Shown one piece after another: positions 36,073 through 46,014 of a stretch of 64,000 nucleotides of DNA (positions are counted from its first letter, which is position 1; every line of letters begins with the position of its first letter). A model generated the notes under the pieces. The model searched no databases. It saw nothing but the letters and a program-made list of their open reading frames with translations, and was not told the origin of the DNA. The DNA is from an uncultured Aquimarina sp. (lineage in GTDB: Bacteria > Bacteroidota > Bacteroidia > Flavobacteriales > Flavobacteriaceae): NCBI GenBank assembly GCA_947498775.1, contig CANMLL010000009.1:90981-154980 (forward strand), written 5' to 3'. The translations under genes were made by a program, and so were the position numbers.

Positions 36073-37905
36073 TTAATTAGGGTAATTATTATTACTAGGA
36101 TTTACATCAGCCATAGTACCCATAATATCAATAGCAATGGCTTTTATCTCTGAGATCGGTTTAGGGATCTCTACAACATAAGTAGGATTGGTCCAGGGCC
36201 AATCTACCAACAGAGTTCTGTTTATAGAAGGAATCGGATTTTCCTTTTCTCCTCGCATCATTCTCAATGGAGCATAGAATGACTCCACTGTTCCGTCTTT
36301 ATATTCGACATATAGGTCTATTGGCATTGGCATTAACCCTATGCGCTCCAGGGTGACTTTGGTTGTGTTCTTATTTTCTTCAACTTCTTTAATACCATAA
36401 TCAATCCAATTAGTGGTTTGTGTCCAATCGGTTAAATACCAATCTAGTTGTATCCCCGATACCTTTTCTGCTACTCTCTTAAAGTCATTGGGAGTTGGAT
36501 GCTTAAATTTCCAGGTATCATAATATCTTCGTATTGTTTTTGCAAGGTTATCCTCTCCGATAATATACCCCAACTGAGACAGAAAAACCGCACCTTTGGA
36601 ATAGGCAGAATTTCCGTAGGCAAAATTATGCGCATATCGATCGGCATGCGTTGTTTGAGGCTGTTCTACCCCCGAAATTGCTAGCTGAAAATAATCGATA
36701 TACATTTTTTTCAAAGAGTTGGGGTTGTTTTGTTTCATTACTTCATTCATCGCCAATGTTGAAATGTAACTTGTAAATCCTTCATCCATCCACGAATGTT
36801 TTGCCTCATTGGTAGCCAAAATATGTTGAAACCAGGCGTGCGCCATCTCATGAGCTGTTACACCTACCAAACTTCCAAAACTTCGCTCTCCCGTAATCAA
36901 TGTACACATTGCATATTCCATACCACCGTCTCCTCCTTGAAGAATAGAATATTGGTCGTATGGGTATTTTCCGATCTTTTCACTAAAATATTGCATTAAT
37001 TCTACTGTTTTTGGCTGTAGATCTTTCCATTTATCGATAATCTCTTCGTTATTCTTGTACAAGAAATGAAGCGTAGGTCCACCGGGCACTTTTGCTATAT
37101 CATGAAGATATTCTGGATCTGCAGTCCAAGCAAAATCATGAACTTTTGGTGCCTTAAAATGCCATGCCAGCTTTTTGGTTTTGTGTTTTACTTTGACTCC
37201 TGTTGTTTCGTAACCATGTCCAATTTTATTAGGGTTCTGTAAATAACCTGTGCCTCCAACAACATAATTTTTATCAATATGTATAGTTACATCAAAATTA
37301 CCCCAAACTCCATGAAACTCTCGGGCAATATATGGGTCTGCATGCCAACCCTCAAAATCATATTCTGCCATTTTTGGATACCATTGTGTCATCGACAGCG
37401 CAACCCCTTCTTTGTTGTTGCGACCAGAGCGGCGTATTTGTTTAGGTACCTGACCTTGGAATTGCATTGAAAACGACGCTTTTTTTCCTGGTAAAATAGG
37501 TTTGTTTAAGGTAACTTCCAATACGGTACCTGCTACTTTATAGTTTAATTGGCTTCCATTCTGAGATAAAGAAGAAACTTTTAAATATCCTGATTCTTGT
37601 GGAGTCAACTTGCTTATTTTGTCCAAAATCTTTGGGCTGGGATCCGGAAGGTTTATCGAGCGAATATCCATTTCGCTGCCAGGCTGAAAAGCATTAAAAT
37701 ACAGATGATAAAAAACCTGATTCAAGGTGTCTGGAGAATTGTTCGTATAACTTAATTCCTGCGTCCCTGTGTATTGAAAATTTTCAACGTTCATGTCAAT
37801 ATTCATGGTATAATCAACATGTTGTTGCCAATACGATGTGTTATTTTGCGCAGTAACGCAAAGTACTACAAGGGAAAAAACGAGTGTGATTTTTTTGAAC
37901 ATCAT
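36073..37905 (-). CDS. M1 family metallopeptidase
   Basis: Signal peptide, HEMAHAWF zinc motif and the downstream WMDEGF glutamate. Confidence 0.85.
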   Translation of the reverse strand: MMFKKITLVFSLVVLCVTAQNNTSYWQQHVDYTMNIDMNVENFQYTGTQELSYTNNSPDTLNQVFYHLYFNAFQPGSEMDIRSINLPDPSPKILDKISKLTPQESGYLKVSSLSQNGSQLNYKVAGTVLEVTLNKPILPGKKASFSMQFQGQVPKQIRRSGRNNKEGVALSMTQWYPKMAEYDFEGWHADPYIAREFHGVWGNFDVTIHIDKNYVVGGTGYLQNPNKIGHGYETTGVKVKHKTKKLAWHFKAPKVHDFAWTADPEYLHDIAKVPGGPTLHFLYKNNEEIIDKWKDLQPKTVELMQYFSEKIGKYPYDQYSILQGGDGGMEYAMCTLITGERSFGSLVGVTAHEMAHAWFQHILATNEAKHSWMDEGFTSYISTLAMNEVMKQNNPNSLKKMYIDYFQLAISGVEQPQTTHADRYAHNFAYGNSAYSKGAVFLSQLGYIIGEDNLAKTIRRYYDTWKFKHPTPNDFKRVAEKVSGIQLDWYLTDWTQTTNWIDYGIKEVEENKNTTKVTLERIGLMPMPIDLYVEYKDGTVESFYAPLRMMRGEKENPIPSINRTLLVDWPWTNPTYVVEIPKPISEIKAIAIDIMGTMADVNPSNNNYPN

Positions 37906-37913
37906 TGAAAAAA

Positions 37914-39587
37914 TTATTTAGACATTTTATCGGCCATGATAAGTGCATTATAGAGATTCACCATCTTACCAGATTTTGATAATTCGGAAAAACTTTTAAT
38001 GTTTGTGGGGTCTCCGCCAATCATAACATCTGCTTTGGTGCTTAATCCGCTATCCATCAATATTTTCTTTACTTCGAAGGCCTTTAACTTGGGGTAATAC
38101 GACCGTATTAAAGCAGCAACACCTGCTACTGCCGGAGCTGCCATCGAGGTTCCGTCTAGAAACTCATACGAATTATTAGGCGTCGTAGACCAAATCTCAA
38201 CTCCTGGAGCAAATGCATCTACATTATTTTTACCATAATTAGAAAAATTGGCTGTTAGATTTGATCCGTATTCATAATTTAGAGCACCAATGGTAATAAA
38301 GTTGTTTGAAATTTCAGAAGCATTATCGATTTGATCATTGGGATACACTGCTTTTTGATCCAGATCTTCGGTTTCATTTCCTGCTGCATTTACAATAAGT
38401 ACGTCTTTTGCTGCAGCATACTTTATTGCTTCTTGTACCCATTCTGGATGCGTACTAAAATATTTACCAAAACTGGTGTTGATTACCTTGGCGCCATTGT
38501 CTACTGCATAGCGTATAGCAAGTGAAATATCTTTATCATATTCGTCTCCGTTTGGAACCGCTCTTATCGCCATTATTTTCACATTTTGAGCCACTCCGTT
38601 TATTCCAATACTATTATTTCTTTCTGCAGCAATTATTCCAGCAACGTGCGTACCATGTTTGATCCCTTCTTTCTTTGGATCAGGGTCCATTACATTATTA
38701 TTTCCGTAGTTAGTATCCGTAATATCATCTACATTATCACCAACTTCTTTTCTGCCATCAAGCTCTAAATTTAAATTATAGTTTAATCGTTCTGTAAAAT
38801 GCTCGATACCTTCTTCTAGGTTTTTGATAAATTCTGGAACAGTATCTCCTGGGTCCAAAAACTCATACATTTGCGAAAGAAAAGCCATATGATATTCTAC
38901 TTCTTTTGTCTCTGGGTCGAGTTGCATTAGCTCTTCTTTTGAATAATCCTCTTTGCCCAAAGCCTTTGCAATCGCATCATGAGACACTCTTGATTGTTCT
39001 ATTATCTGTTCATACTGCAACTTATTTGAAGAAGCTTCCTGATATTCCTTTTCAAATTCGGCTTTGGCTTCAATATATTCCTGATATTCATCACGATCTT
39101 TTTCTTCTATCGAAGCTAAAAATTTACCGTCATATTTTGGTTTAAGTTTTTTTATTATTCTAACAAATTCCAGGTTTTCGTTATACGAGTCTCCCAGAAA
39201 ATTCCATCCATGAATATCATCTACATACCCATTGTTGTCATCATCCTTACCATTTCCTTTGATTTCTTTGGTGTTGGTCCAAATTACATCATCAAGATCT
39301 TCATGTTCGATATCTACACCGCTATCAATAACCCCTACAATGATTGTTTGACCTTTTCTGTTTTTAATAATCTCATTGTATGCTTTGTTCACACTCATTC
39401 CAGGAATTGTATCGGTTACCAGGTCATAAAAGCTCCAATTTTTTAGTTGGGTCTCGGTTAACTCACCATTCTTTAACGGAACAGTATCTATATTCTCGAT
39501 TGGAGTTGAAATTATTACAGGCGCTCCGCAACTCATGAAAATTAATGATGCTGCGATAGTGATAATAATTCTATTTGATAGGGCCAT
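37914..39587 (-). CDS. S8 family (subtilisin-like) serine peptidase
   Basis: Catalytic triad contexts VIDSGVD, HGTHVAGIIAA and GTSMAAP. Confidence 0.9.
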   Translation of the reverse strand: MALSNRIIITIAASLIFMSCGAPVIISTPIENIDTVPLKNGELTETQLKNWSFYDLVTDTIPGMSVNKAYNEIIKNRKGQTIIVGVIDSGVDIEHEDLDDVIWTNTKEIKGNGKDDDNNGYVDDIHGWNFLGDSYNENLEFVRIIKKLKPKYDGKFLASIEEKDRDEYQEYIEAKAEFEKEYQEASSNKLQYEQIIEQSRVSHDAIAKALGKEDYSKEELMQLDPETKEVEYHMAFLSQMYEFLDPGDTVPEFIKNLEEGIEHFTERLNYNLNLELDGRKEVGDNVDDITDTNYGNNNVMDPDPKKEGIKHGTHVAGIIAAERNNSIGINGVAQNVKIMAIRAVPNGDEYDKDISLAIRYAVDNGAKVINTSFGKYFSTHPEWVQEAIKYAAAKDVLIVNAAGNETEDLDQKAVYPNDQIDNASEISNNFITIGALNYEYGSNLTANFSNYGKNNVDAFAPGVEIWSTTPNNSYEFLDGTSMAAPAVAGVAALIRSYYPKLKAFEVKKILMDSGLSTKADVMIGGDPTNIKSFSELSKSGKMVNLYNALIMADKMSK

Positions 39588-39598
39588 TTTATCTGTTT

Positions 39599-40459
39599 TT
39601 AATTAAATATTTCGTTGCAAGTGAAAACCTCTTTAAGGCGCACTCCTTTTTCTGTATGTTTTACTGTTATTATTTCGTTATGGGCATCATGCTCTAAAAA
39701 CAAATACCACCCATTATTGGCTGCATTTTCCAGAAATAATTTTTTTTCATCCAACGTTAACAATGGTCTTGTGTCATATCCCATTACATAAGGTAAGGGT
39801 ATATGGCCGGCTGTAGGCAGTAAATCTGCCATAAAAACTATGGTTTTATCCTTATAATCGATATGCGGAATCATCTGTTTTTCTGTATGTCCATTAGCAA
39901 ATAGTACGCCAAACCCTAGTTCTGATGTTTTTTGGAAGGTTTTATCCGTTCTGGAAATAAAATGCAATTGCCCGCTTTCTTGAATAGGCAAAATATTTTC
40001 TTTTAGAAATGAGGCTTTTTCGCGAGCATTTGGTACTACAGCCCATTGCCAATGTTCTTTGTTGCTCCATACCTTGGCGTTTTTGAATGCCAATTCATAC
40101 TGGGTTTTGCTGTCGTTCCATTGTACCACCCCACCACAATGATCAAAATGCAAGTGCGTTATAAATACATCGGTAATATCATCTCTATGAAAACCAGCTT
40201 TTTGTAATGATTTGTCCAAACTATCATCCCCCCACAATGAATAGTAGCTGAAAAACTTTTCAGATTGCTTGTCACCCATCCCAGAATCAATAAGAATCAA
40301 CCTGTCTCCATCTTCAATTAGCAAACATCGTGCAGCAATATCAATGAGGTTATTTTGATCAGACGGGTTTGTTTTTTGCCATAATGTTTTGGGCACTACA
40401 CCAAACATAGCGCCACCATCAAGTTTAAAATTTCCAGCTTTTATCGGGTATAAATTCAT
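39599..40459 (-). CDS. MBL-fold metallo-hydrolase
   Basis: 286 aa with the HLHFDHCGG metal-binding motif. Confidence 0.85.
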   Translation of the reverse strand: MNLYPIKAGNFKLDGGAMFGVVPKTLWQKTNPSDQNNLIDIAARCLLIEDGDRLILIDSGMGDKQSEKFFSYYSLWGDDSLDKSLQKAGFHRDDITDVFITHLHFDHCGGVVQWNDSKTQYELAFKNAKVWSNKEHWQWAVVPNAREKASFLKENILPIQESGQLHFISRTDKTFQKTSELGFGVLFANGHTEKQMIPHIDYKDKTIVFMADLLPTAGHIPLPYVMGYDTRPLLTLDEKKLFLENAANNGWYLFLEHDAHNEIITVKHTEKGVRLKEVFTCNEIFN

Positions 40460-40568
40460 TTGTTAAGCTTATTTCCTTATTCATCACAAAAAGCAATCCC
40501 TTATAATCTCTAGAGTCTTTTTTAATTATTTGATGAAAATTTTTGCAAATTAGAAAAAAAGGTAGGGA

Positions 40569-40832
40569 TCAAGATTTAATTTTTGGACTTTTTAACACTA
40601 TTTCATCAGGTTTTGTGCTAGACATTATATTTTCCAAGCGTGTTCCATGATCTAGTAGTGCTTTAATCTTATTTTCTTTCTTATTGGTTTTCTCTCCAAC
40701 AGGCACCATAATTAGCCTGCAATCAAAGAAATCTACCATGCGCAAAGCTTCAAAGATGTTGTTTTTCAGATTTGTAGAAAAAGCAACGCCAATAAGAATT
40801 GTATTAAATTTGTGCTGTAATAATTCGCTCAA
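40569..40832 (-). CDS. hypothetical protein, possibly a truncated universal-stress-protein-like fragment
   Basis: 87 codons with only a TTG start available. ILIGVAFS...LIMVPVGEKT is vaguely USP-like. Weak. Confidence 0.3.
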   Translation of the reverse strand: MSELLQHKFNTILIGVAFSTNLKNNIFEALRMVDFFDCRLIMVPVGEKTNKKENKIKALLDHGTRLENIMSSTKPDEIVLKSPKIKS

Positions 40833-40964
40833 GACATAGATTTTCTTAGACTTTTGAGGGGTAGAATATAAACTTAATTTTTCAAACTATGAAATTGTCT
40901 TTATTTCTGTTATGTTTAAAAAAATCCCGATCTTTCTTGTTTATAACTAGATCAACCAAAAAAT

Positions 40965-42800
40965 ATGATAGAACTAGCAGGAATTGTTATACTAGGAATA
41001 TTAGCGCAATGGGTAGCGTGGAAATTTAAAATCCCTGCAATTTTACCACTTATTTTAATAGGGCTTTTGGTGGGTCCAATAGCCACTTTGTATACCGTTG
41101 ATGGTACCAAACTGATACAGCCTATCTGGAATGGTCAAGAAGGATTGTTCCCAGGAGAAAGCTTATTCTATTTTGTGTCTTTGGCTATTGGTATTATCCT
41201 TTTTGAAGGTGGTCTTACGTTAAGACGCAGTGAAATTCTAAATGTAGGACCCGTAATCATAAAACTAATTACAGTTGGGGTAGTTGTTACCTTTTTTGGA
41301 GCAGGTTTTGCTGCACATTTTATATTTGACTTAAGCTGGCGCATTTCTTTTCTGTTTTCATCATTGATTATAGTCACAGGACCTACAGTTATAACACCTA
41401 TTTTACGTAATATCCCGTTAAAAAAGGATGTTTCGGCCGTGCTAAAATGGGAAGGGATCTTAATTGATCCTATTGGAGCCCTAGTAGCCGTTTTGGTGTT
41501 CGAATTTATTAGAGTTGGTGGTGGCGAAGAGTTCACCTTTACGGCTTTAATCGAATTTGGCAAAATAGTCTTGATTGGTCTCACTTATGGTTTTACTTTT
41601 GCTCATGGCCTGGCCTTTTCGCTAAGAAAAAAGATCGTTCCCCATTATTTGTTGAATGTTGTCACCCTGGCTGCAGTGCTTGGTGTTTTTGTATTATCTG
41701 AAGTTTTTGCACACGAATCTGGATTGCTTTCTGTAGTGGTGATGGGAATGGTTCTTGGAAATTTAAACCTTTCTGATCTTAATGAAATATTATATTTCAA
41801 AGAATCCCTGAGTGTACTTTTGATTTCGATCCTGTTTATTCTGCTTTCGGCAAACATTAATGTCGAAGACTTAAAGCTCGTCTTTAACTTGAAAGCCGTC
41901 TTGCTTTTTGCTGTAGTTGTTTTTATTGTAAGGCCATTGGGCGTATTTCTAAGTGCTTCAAAATCCGGGCTCAAAACCAACGAAAAATTATTTATAAGTT
42001 GGGTTGGACCTCGTGGTATAGTAGCCGCAGGGATTGCTTCGTTATTTGGTTTAAAACTTTATAAAGAAGGGGTTCCCGGAGCAGAATATATCACTCCACT
42101 AGTATTTATGATTGTGCTAGGTACGGTATTACTAAATGCCACTACGGCCCGTCTTTTTGCCAAAGTGGTTGGCATTTTTCTCAAAAAATCTGAAGGAATT
42201 TTAATCATCGGAGCCTCAAAAGTCTCACGACTTATCGCTATATATATCAAAAACAATAATCGCCATGTAGTGTTGGTAGATAGCAACAGAGATCATATCA
42301 ACAAGGCCAAAGATTTGGGCCTAGAAGCAATCGAAGGAAATATTTATGGGGATCAGCTTAAAGATAATATCGAACTAAACGATGTAGGATATCTGATGGC
42401 ACTAACCGGAAATAGTGATATTAATAAATATGCTATTAATAAGTTTAAAGAGCAGTTTGGAGAGCATGGATCCTTTAGGCTTATTACTCCCGAAGAGATG
42501 AAGGATCCAAAAAACAATCCGCAAGAAGGGTTGTTTTCTCATACAGACGACTATTATAAGCTCATTGCTCTAGCCGAAAAGTATCCTGGTATACAAGAAA
42601 TAAAAATACAAGACCAAAAACACTACAAAACACTGATCGATCTTACCAAGGAAGACAATGAAATTATACCGCTGTTTTTAAAAGACGCCGATAAAAATAT
42701 ACGTATTATATCATCCTATAGCAAAGAGATAGAACAAGTACAAGAAGACAGTTTTCTTGCATACATAGGCAAGCCAATAGACATTGAAGCGGTAAAATAA
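40965..42800 (+). CDS. CPA1-type cation:proton (Na+/H+) antiporter with a C-terminal TrkA-N-like domain
   Basis: 611 aa: about 400 aa of polytopic membrane domain, then IIGASKVSRLIAIYIKNNNRHVVLVD, which is Rossmann-like. Confidence 0.8.
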   Translation: MIELAGIVILGILAQWVAWKFKIPAILPLILIGLLVGPIATLYTVDGTKLIQPIWNGQEGLFPGESLFYFVSLAIGIILFEGGLTLRRSEILNVGPVIIKLITVGVVVTFFGAGFAAHFIFDLSWRISFLFSSLIIVTGPTVITPILRNIPLKKDVSAVLKWEGILIDPIGALVAVLVFEFIRVGGGEEFTFTALIEFGKIVLIGLTYGFTFAHGLAFSLRKKIVPHYLLNVVTLAAVLGVFVLSEVFAHESGLLSVVVMGMVLGNLNLSDLNEILYFKESLSVLLISILFILLSANINVEDLKLVFNLKAVLLFAVVVFIVRPLGVFLSASKSGLKTNEKLFISWVGPRGIVAAGIASLFGLKLYKEGVPGAEYITPLVFMIVLGTVLLNATTARLFAKVVGIFLKKSEGILIIGASKVSRLIAIYIKNNNRHVVLVDSNRDHINKAKDLGLEAIEGNIYGDQLKDNIELNDVGYLMALTGNSDINKYAINKFKEQFGEHGSFRLITPEEMKDPKNNPQEGLFSHTDDYYKLIALAEKYPGIQEIKIQDQKHYKTLIDLTKEDNEIIPLFLKDADKNIRIISSYSKEIEQVQEDSFLAYIGKPIDIEAVK

Positions 42801-42917
42801 CATCGTTAAAAAGCAGGATTAAACGATGAAATTTATTTTTTTAACAAAAATTTTTGTTAATAAAGAATATTCCTATATATTTGGGGCTGTTAAAATTTAA
42901 ACTTAAACCCCCAGATT

Positions 42918-43151
42918 ATGAAAAAACTTATGTATGTGGCAGTAGTTGCCTTAGCTCTTGGATTTACCTCTTGTGGAAGTGATGATGATGGTGGTTGTCC
43001 ATCATGTGATAACGGCCCTGTTAGTATATCCGTTTGTGACAATGGAGACGGTACTTACAGTATTGAAGGTGGTACTCCAATAGAAATTCCGGAAGGTCAA
43101 ACTTTTGATGACGTATTCGCACAAGCTTGTTCGTTTATTAGTGCTAACTAA
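42918..43151 (+). CDS. small cysteine-rich lipoprotein, 77 aa
   Basis: Lipobox FTSC plus four further cysteines in an acidic, Gly/Asp-rich mature peptide. Confidence 0.5.
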   Translation: MKKLMYVAVVALALGFTSCGSDDDGGCPSCDNGPVSISVCDNGDGTYSIEGGTPIEIPEGQTFDDVFAQACSFISAN

Positions 43152-43166
43152 AATTTTTCATTTTAG

Positions 43167-43210
43167 AAAAACAAGAAAAGTGACCTATTTGGTCACTTTT
43201 CTTGTTTTTT
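43167..43210. terminator. strong bidirectional terminator
   Basis: Perfect 19-bp stem aaaaacaagaaaagtgacc / ggtcacttttcttgttttt with a 5-nt loop. Confidence 0.85.
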
Positions 43211-43227
43211 AAAAGATACATCACGAT

Positions 43228-43626
43228 TTATATAAGTAACAATTCGTAAGGATTAGATATTGTTTTATGTCCAAATCGCTTTAATAGCTCAAACTCATTC
43301 GTTTTATCTATATTTTCGAGAGCTAGTTTATCTCTTATAGCTGGTTGTTTTAATCCAGGGATTCGAATTTTAAAAAAAGGCCACAAAGTTGTACTGGTAT
43401 ATTCACTGTCTAAATCTGGAAATCCAATTATGGGGTTATATTCCGTAGATTTTTTAAACTCTTCTGAGTATTCAAAGTTCCACAATCCCTTATTACAACG
43501 TAAGTAACCTACATCAATATCATCTACTTTTAATAAAAAAGTGGCCACAGCGTTTTTTGGAAGACTAACATCAGAATCTTCTTCGCTTTTGCTCAGCCAT
43601 TTTTTAATAAGATCTTTCATCATCAT
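43228..43626 (-). CDS. HipA N-terminal-subdomain-like (HipS-like) protein
   Basis: About 132 aa (ATG 43626; TTG 43629 is also possible). VATFLLKVDDIDVGYL... and LWPFFKIRIPGLKQPAIRDKLA...ELLKRFGHKTISNPYEL parallel the HipA N-terminal (couple_hipA) signature. It starts within 6 nt of the upstream kinase stop. Confidence 0.6.
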   Translation of the reverse strand: MMMKDLIKKWLSKSEEDSDVSLPKNAVATFLLKVDDIDVGYLRCNKGLWNFEYSEEFKKSTEYNPIIGFPDLDSEYTSTTLWPFFKIRIPGLKQPAIRDKLALENIDKTNEFELLKRFGHKTISNPYELLLI

Positions 43627-43631
43627 CAAGA

Positions 43632-44639
43632 TTATAGTTTTCTAATAAGCTCAAATCGTTTTTTTATAATATACAAAATTAATTCATTTCTCTCTATAAT
43701 AAAGAATCTTTTAAATTCTTTAACGTATAAATCAATAACTTTATTTTCGTTTTCAATAGATACTAACTCATCTATTAATGCCTTATAGATAGCATTGCTT
43801 TTTAATGATTTAATCAGCTCAAAGTGGTTGGCATTTTTATTCTTCTCAATACTTATTCGAGGTTTAGCATTATTAATATATTTATCAACCTTCATCCCGC
43901 CGTTCTTCTTCGCCTCAAAATATTTTTTAATAGTTTCATCACTAAAATTCCATAAAAGACCCCTTGCAGAATCATAAATTGGCGAAAACCTTGAAGAACC
44001 AGGAGATTTTTTCACCTTGCTAATTACACCCCAATTATAAAAGTGCCTATCATTATTGCCAACTATTGCATCAAAAGCAATCATTTTGATTAAATCAAAA
44101 ATTATTTCTTCATGAACCTTAGGAAAAATTACCCTAATGGCATCTTCTATAAATTCGAAACTAAATAGGTCTCTAGCAGTATCTACATTTTCAGCTATTT
44201 CTTTAGCCATTTCACTGTCATCCAAATACTGTCCGCATATTTCTGCTCCATGTATAAGTTGTTCATTAGATTTAAGAAAGTATTTACTCAAAAACCGAAT
44301 TTGTTTATTAATACAATAAAGCTTTGTTTCATTCATTTCTAAACCTATAGTCTCACCTATTTTGTTTATTACATACTCAATAACTGATTCATGAGGATAC
44401 CATTTTTCTGCAGATTTAGCAATATACGGAGTCCATGTTTTCAGATAGTTCTTTCTTATCCCACTATTTTTTTTATACTCATAAACACGTATAAACTCTT
44501 TTGGGGCATCACCGTCCAAATCATAATTTTTTACATAATAATGAGACTCCTTTAACAGAGGAATTTTATTTGAATCCTTTAGTTTGCCTGAATTATTAAG
44601 AGACTGTACTTTACTTAATTTTTTATCTAATATGCTCAA
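43632..44639 (-). CDS. HipA-like Ser/Thr kinase core (HipA_C-like)
   Basis: 335 codons with only a TTG start available. FDAIVGNNDRHFYNWGV is catalytic-loop-like and SPIYDSARGL resembles the metal-binding segment. Confidence 0.65.
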   Translation of the reverse strand: MSILDKKLSKVQSLNNSGKLKDSNKIPLLKESHYYVKNYDLDGDAPKEFIRVYEYKKNSGIRKNYLKTWTPYIAKSAEKWYPHESVIEYVINKIGETIGLEMNETKLYCINKQIRFLSKYFLKSNEQLIHGAEICGQYLDDSEMAKEIAENVDTARDLFSFEFIEDAIRVIFPKVHEEIIFDLIKMIAFDAIVGNNDRHFYNWGVISKVKKSPGSSRFSPIYDSARGLLWNFSDETIKKYFEAKKNGGMKVDKYINNAKPRISIEKNKNANHFELIKSLKSNAIYKALIDELVSIENENKVIDLYVKEFKRFFIIERNELILYIIKKRFELIRKL

Positions 44640-44781
44640 CTTTTTTAACCTTTGTTTTTAAAATATAACTCTTTATTAATATAGAATTAATTCCTTGTTC
44701 CAGATCACCTTTTAACTTAAAAGTATACAAAGTTTACTAATCCGATATTGTTATACATAGATAATAAATGACTGCAGCATC

Positions 44782-45804
44782 TCACTTTTTCTGTTTTATA
44801 ACATAAATGTACACCGGATAATGATCACTATATCCATCTGTAAAAGACCCATTACTAAAGCTTCTAAAAGGATATCCCTTATACTTACCCTTTTGGGTGG
44901 TTAGAAAGTCTTTATTAAAAATTCCTGCTTTATAATATCTATAGGATGTATAATCTTTGGTTAAAAACTCATTAGAAATAATAATTTGATCAAAAATCCC
45001 CCAGCTATCACGCCAGGCATGCGTACCAATGCCTTTTTTTGTCATCTTCAACATGGGGTTATACAACCCTTTTAAAGCTATGTTTTCTTTGTCTGATTTT
45101 GCGTCCAGAATCTTTTTTATACTCCGATCATTGGGATTGTCATTAAAATCTCCCATAGTGATAACTTTTGAATACGGATCAATGGCAAAAAGAGAGTCCA
45201 TGATTTTTTTGTTCAACTCGGCTGCTTTTTTTCTTTTGTATGTACTGCGCTCCTCTCCGCCTCGTCTGGATGGCCAGTGATTTACAATAATATGGATCAA
45301 ATCTCCATCCAGATATCCACTTGTTACCAGTTGGTCTCTTGTATATATTCTTTTATTACTGTTGTTATCATAAAGCACCAATTCATAGTTTTGTATATTT
45401 TTTGGTTTGAATATTGATTTTTGATATAACAACGCCACATCGATCCCTCTTCTGTCGGGAGAATCAAAATGTGCTATACCATAATTCTTTGTTGAAAGTG
45501 ATGGTTGATTCACAAGATCTTCCAATACCTTTCTGTTCTCAATCTCCGAAACTCCTATAACTACAGGTGAATTTTTAGCAACATCTGCGCCAATTTTTGA
45601 AATCGCGAGCGCCATATTTTCAAGTTTTTGCAAGTATACTTCCTCTGTCCTGACGTCATCAAATGTTATGGGGTCATTTTCTGCGTCAAAAAGATTTTCA
45701 AGATTATAAAACGCTATTGTTTGAATGTTATAGGTTTTCCTTCCCTGCGAAAAAAGATTAATAGAACATAGTACTGTAATAAAAAGTAACGCTCTCGAAT
45801 TCAT
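44782..45804 (-). CDS. secreted endonuclease/exonuclease/phosphatase (EEP) family protein
   Basis: Signal peptide MNSRALLFITVLCSINLFSQ. AFYNLENLFD, VNHWPSRRGG, MGDFND and GYSDHYPVY. Paralog of 24927..25898. Confidence 0.8.
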   Translation of the reverse strand: MNSRALLFITVLCSINLFSQGRKTYNIQTIAFYNLENLFDAENDPITFDDVRTEEVYLQKLENMALAISKIGADVAKNSPVVIGVSEIENRKVLEDLVNQPSLSTKNYGIAHFDSPDRRGIDVALLYQKSIFKPKNIQNYELVLYDNNSNKRIYTRDQLVTSGYLDGDLIHIIVNHWPSRRGGEERSTYKRKKAAELNKKIMDSLFAIDPYSKVITMGDFNDNPNDRSIKKILDAKSDKENIALKGLYNPMLKMTKKGIGTHAWRDSWGIFDQIIISNEFLTKDYTSYRYYKAGIFNKDFLTTQKGKYKGYPFRSFSNGSFTDGYSDHYPVYIYVIKQKK

Positions 45805-46014
45805 TATCTGGTCTTTAAAAATGAGTTTGTTTTCTGTTTCCTTTCTCTAGAAGTTGTCTAAATCCTGACAACCTCTGTTTAAAATATTTAAATCAAATGC
45901 AAAGATTAATTTTTTCAGTTTCAAAAAATGAAACTCATACCCTTTATTATTGCACTTTATTGAATTGAACTTGTCTAGGCAAGTTCTAATGTTAATCATC
46001 TAAAATTCAAAAAC

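Noticed and set aside
40460-40571. Read-through of the TGA ending ORF 40569..40832 into an in-frame downstream stretch (…KNFHQIIKKDSRDYKGLLFVMNKE…), as evidence for a longer decayed universal-stress-protein gene
   Set aside because: The resemblance to USP C-terminal motifs is vague. The open stretch is short and AT-rich, and it runs into the start of the MBL hydrolase gene. This could easily be chance.
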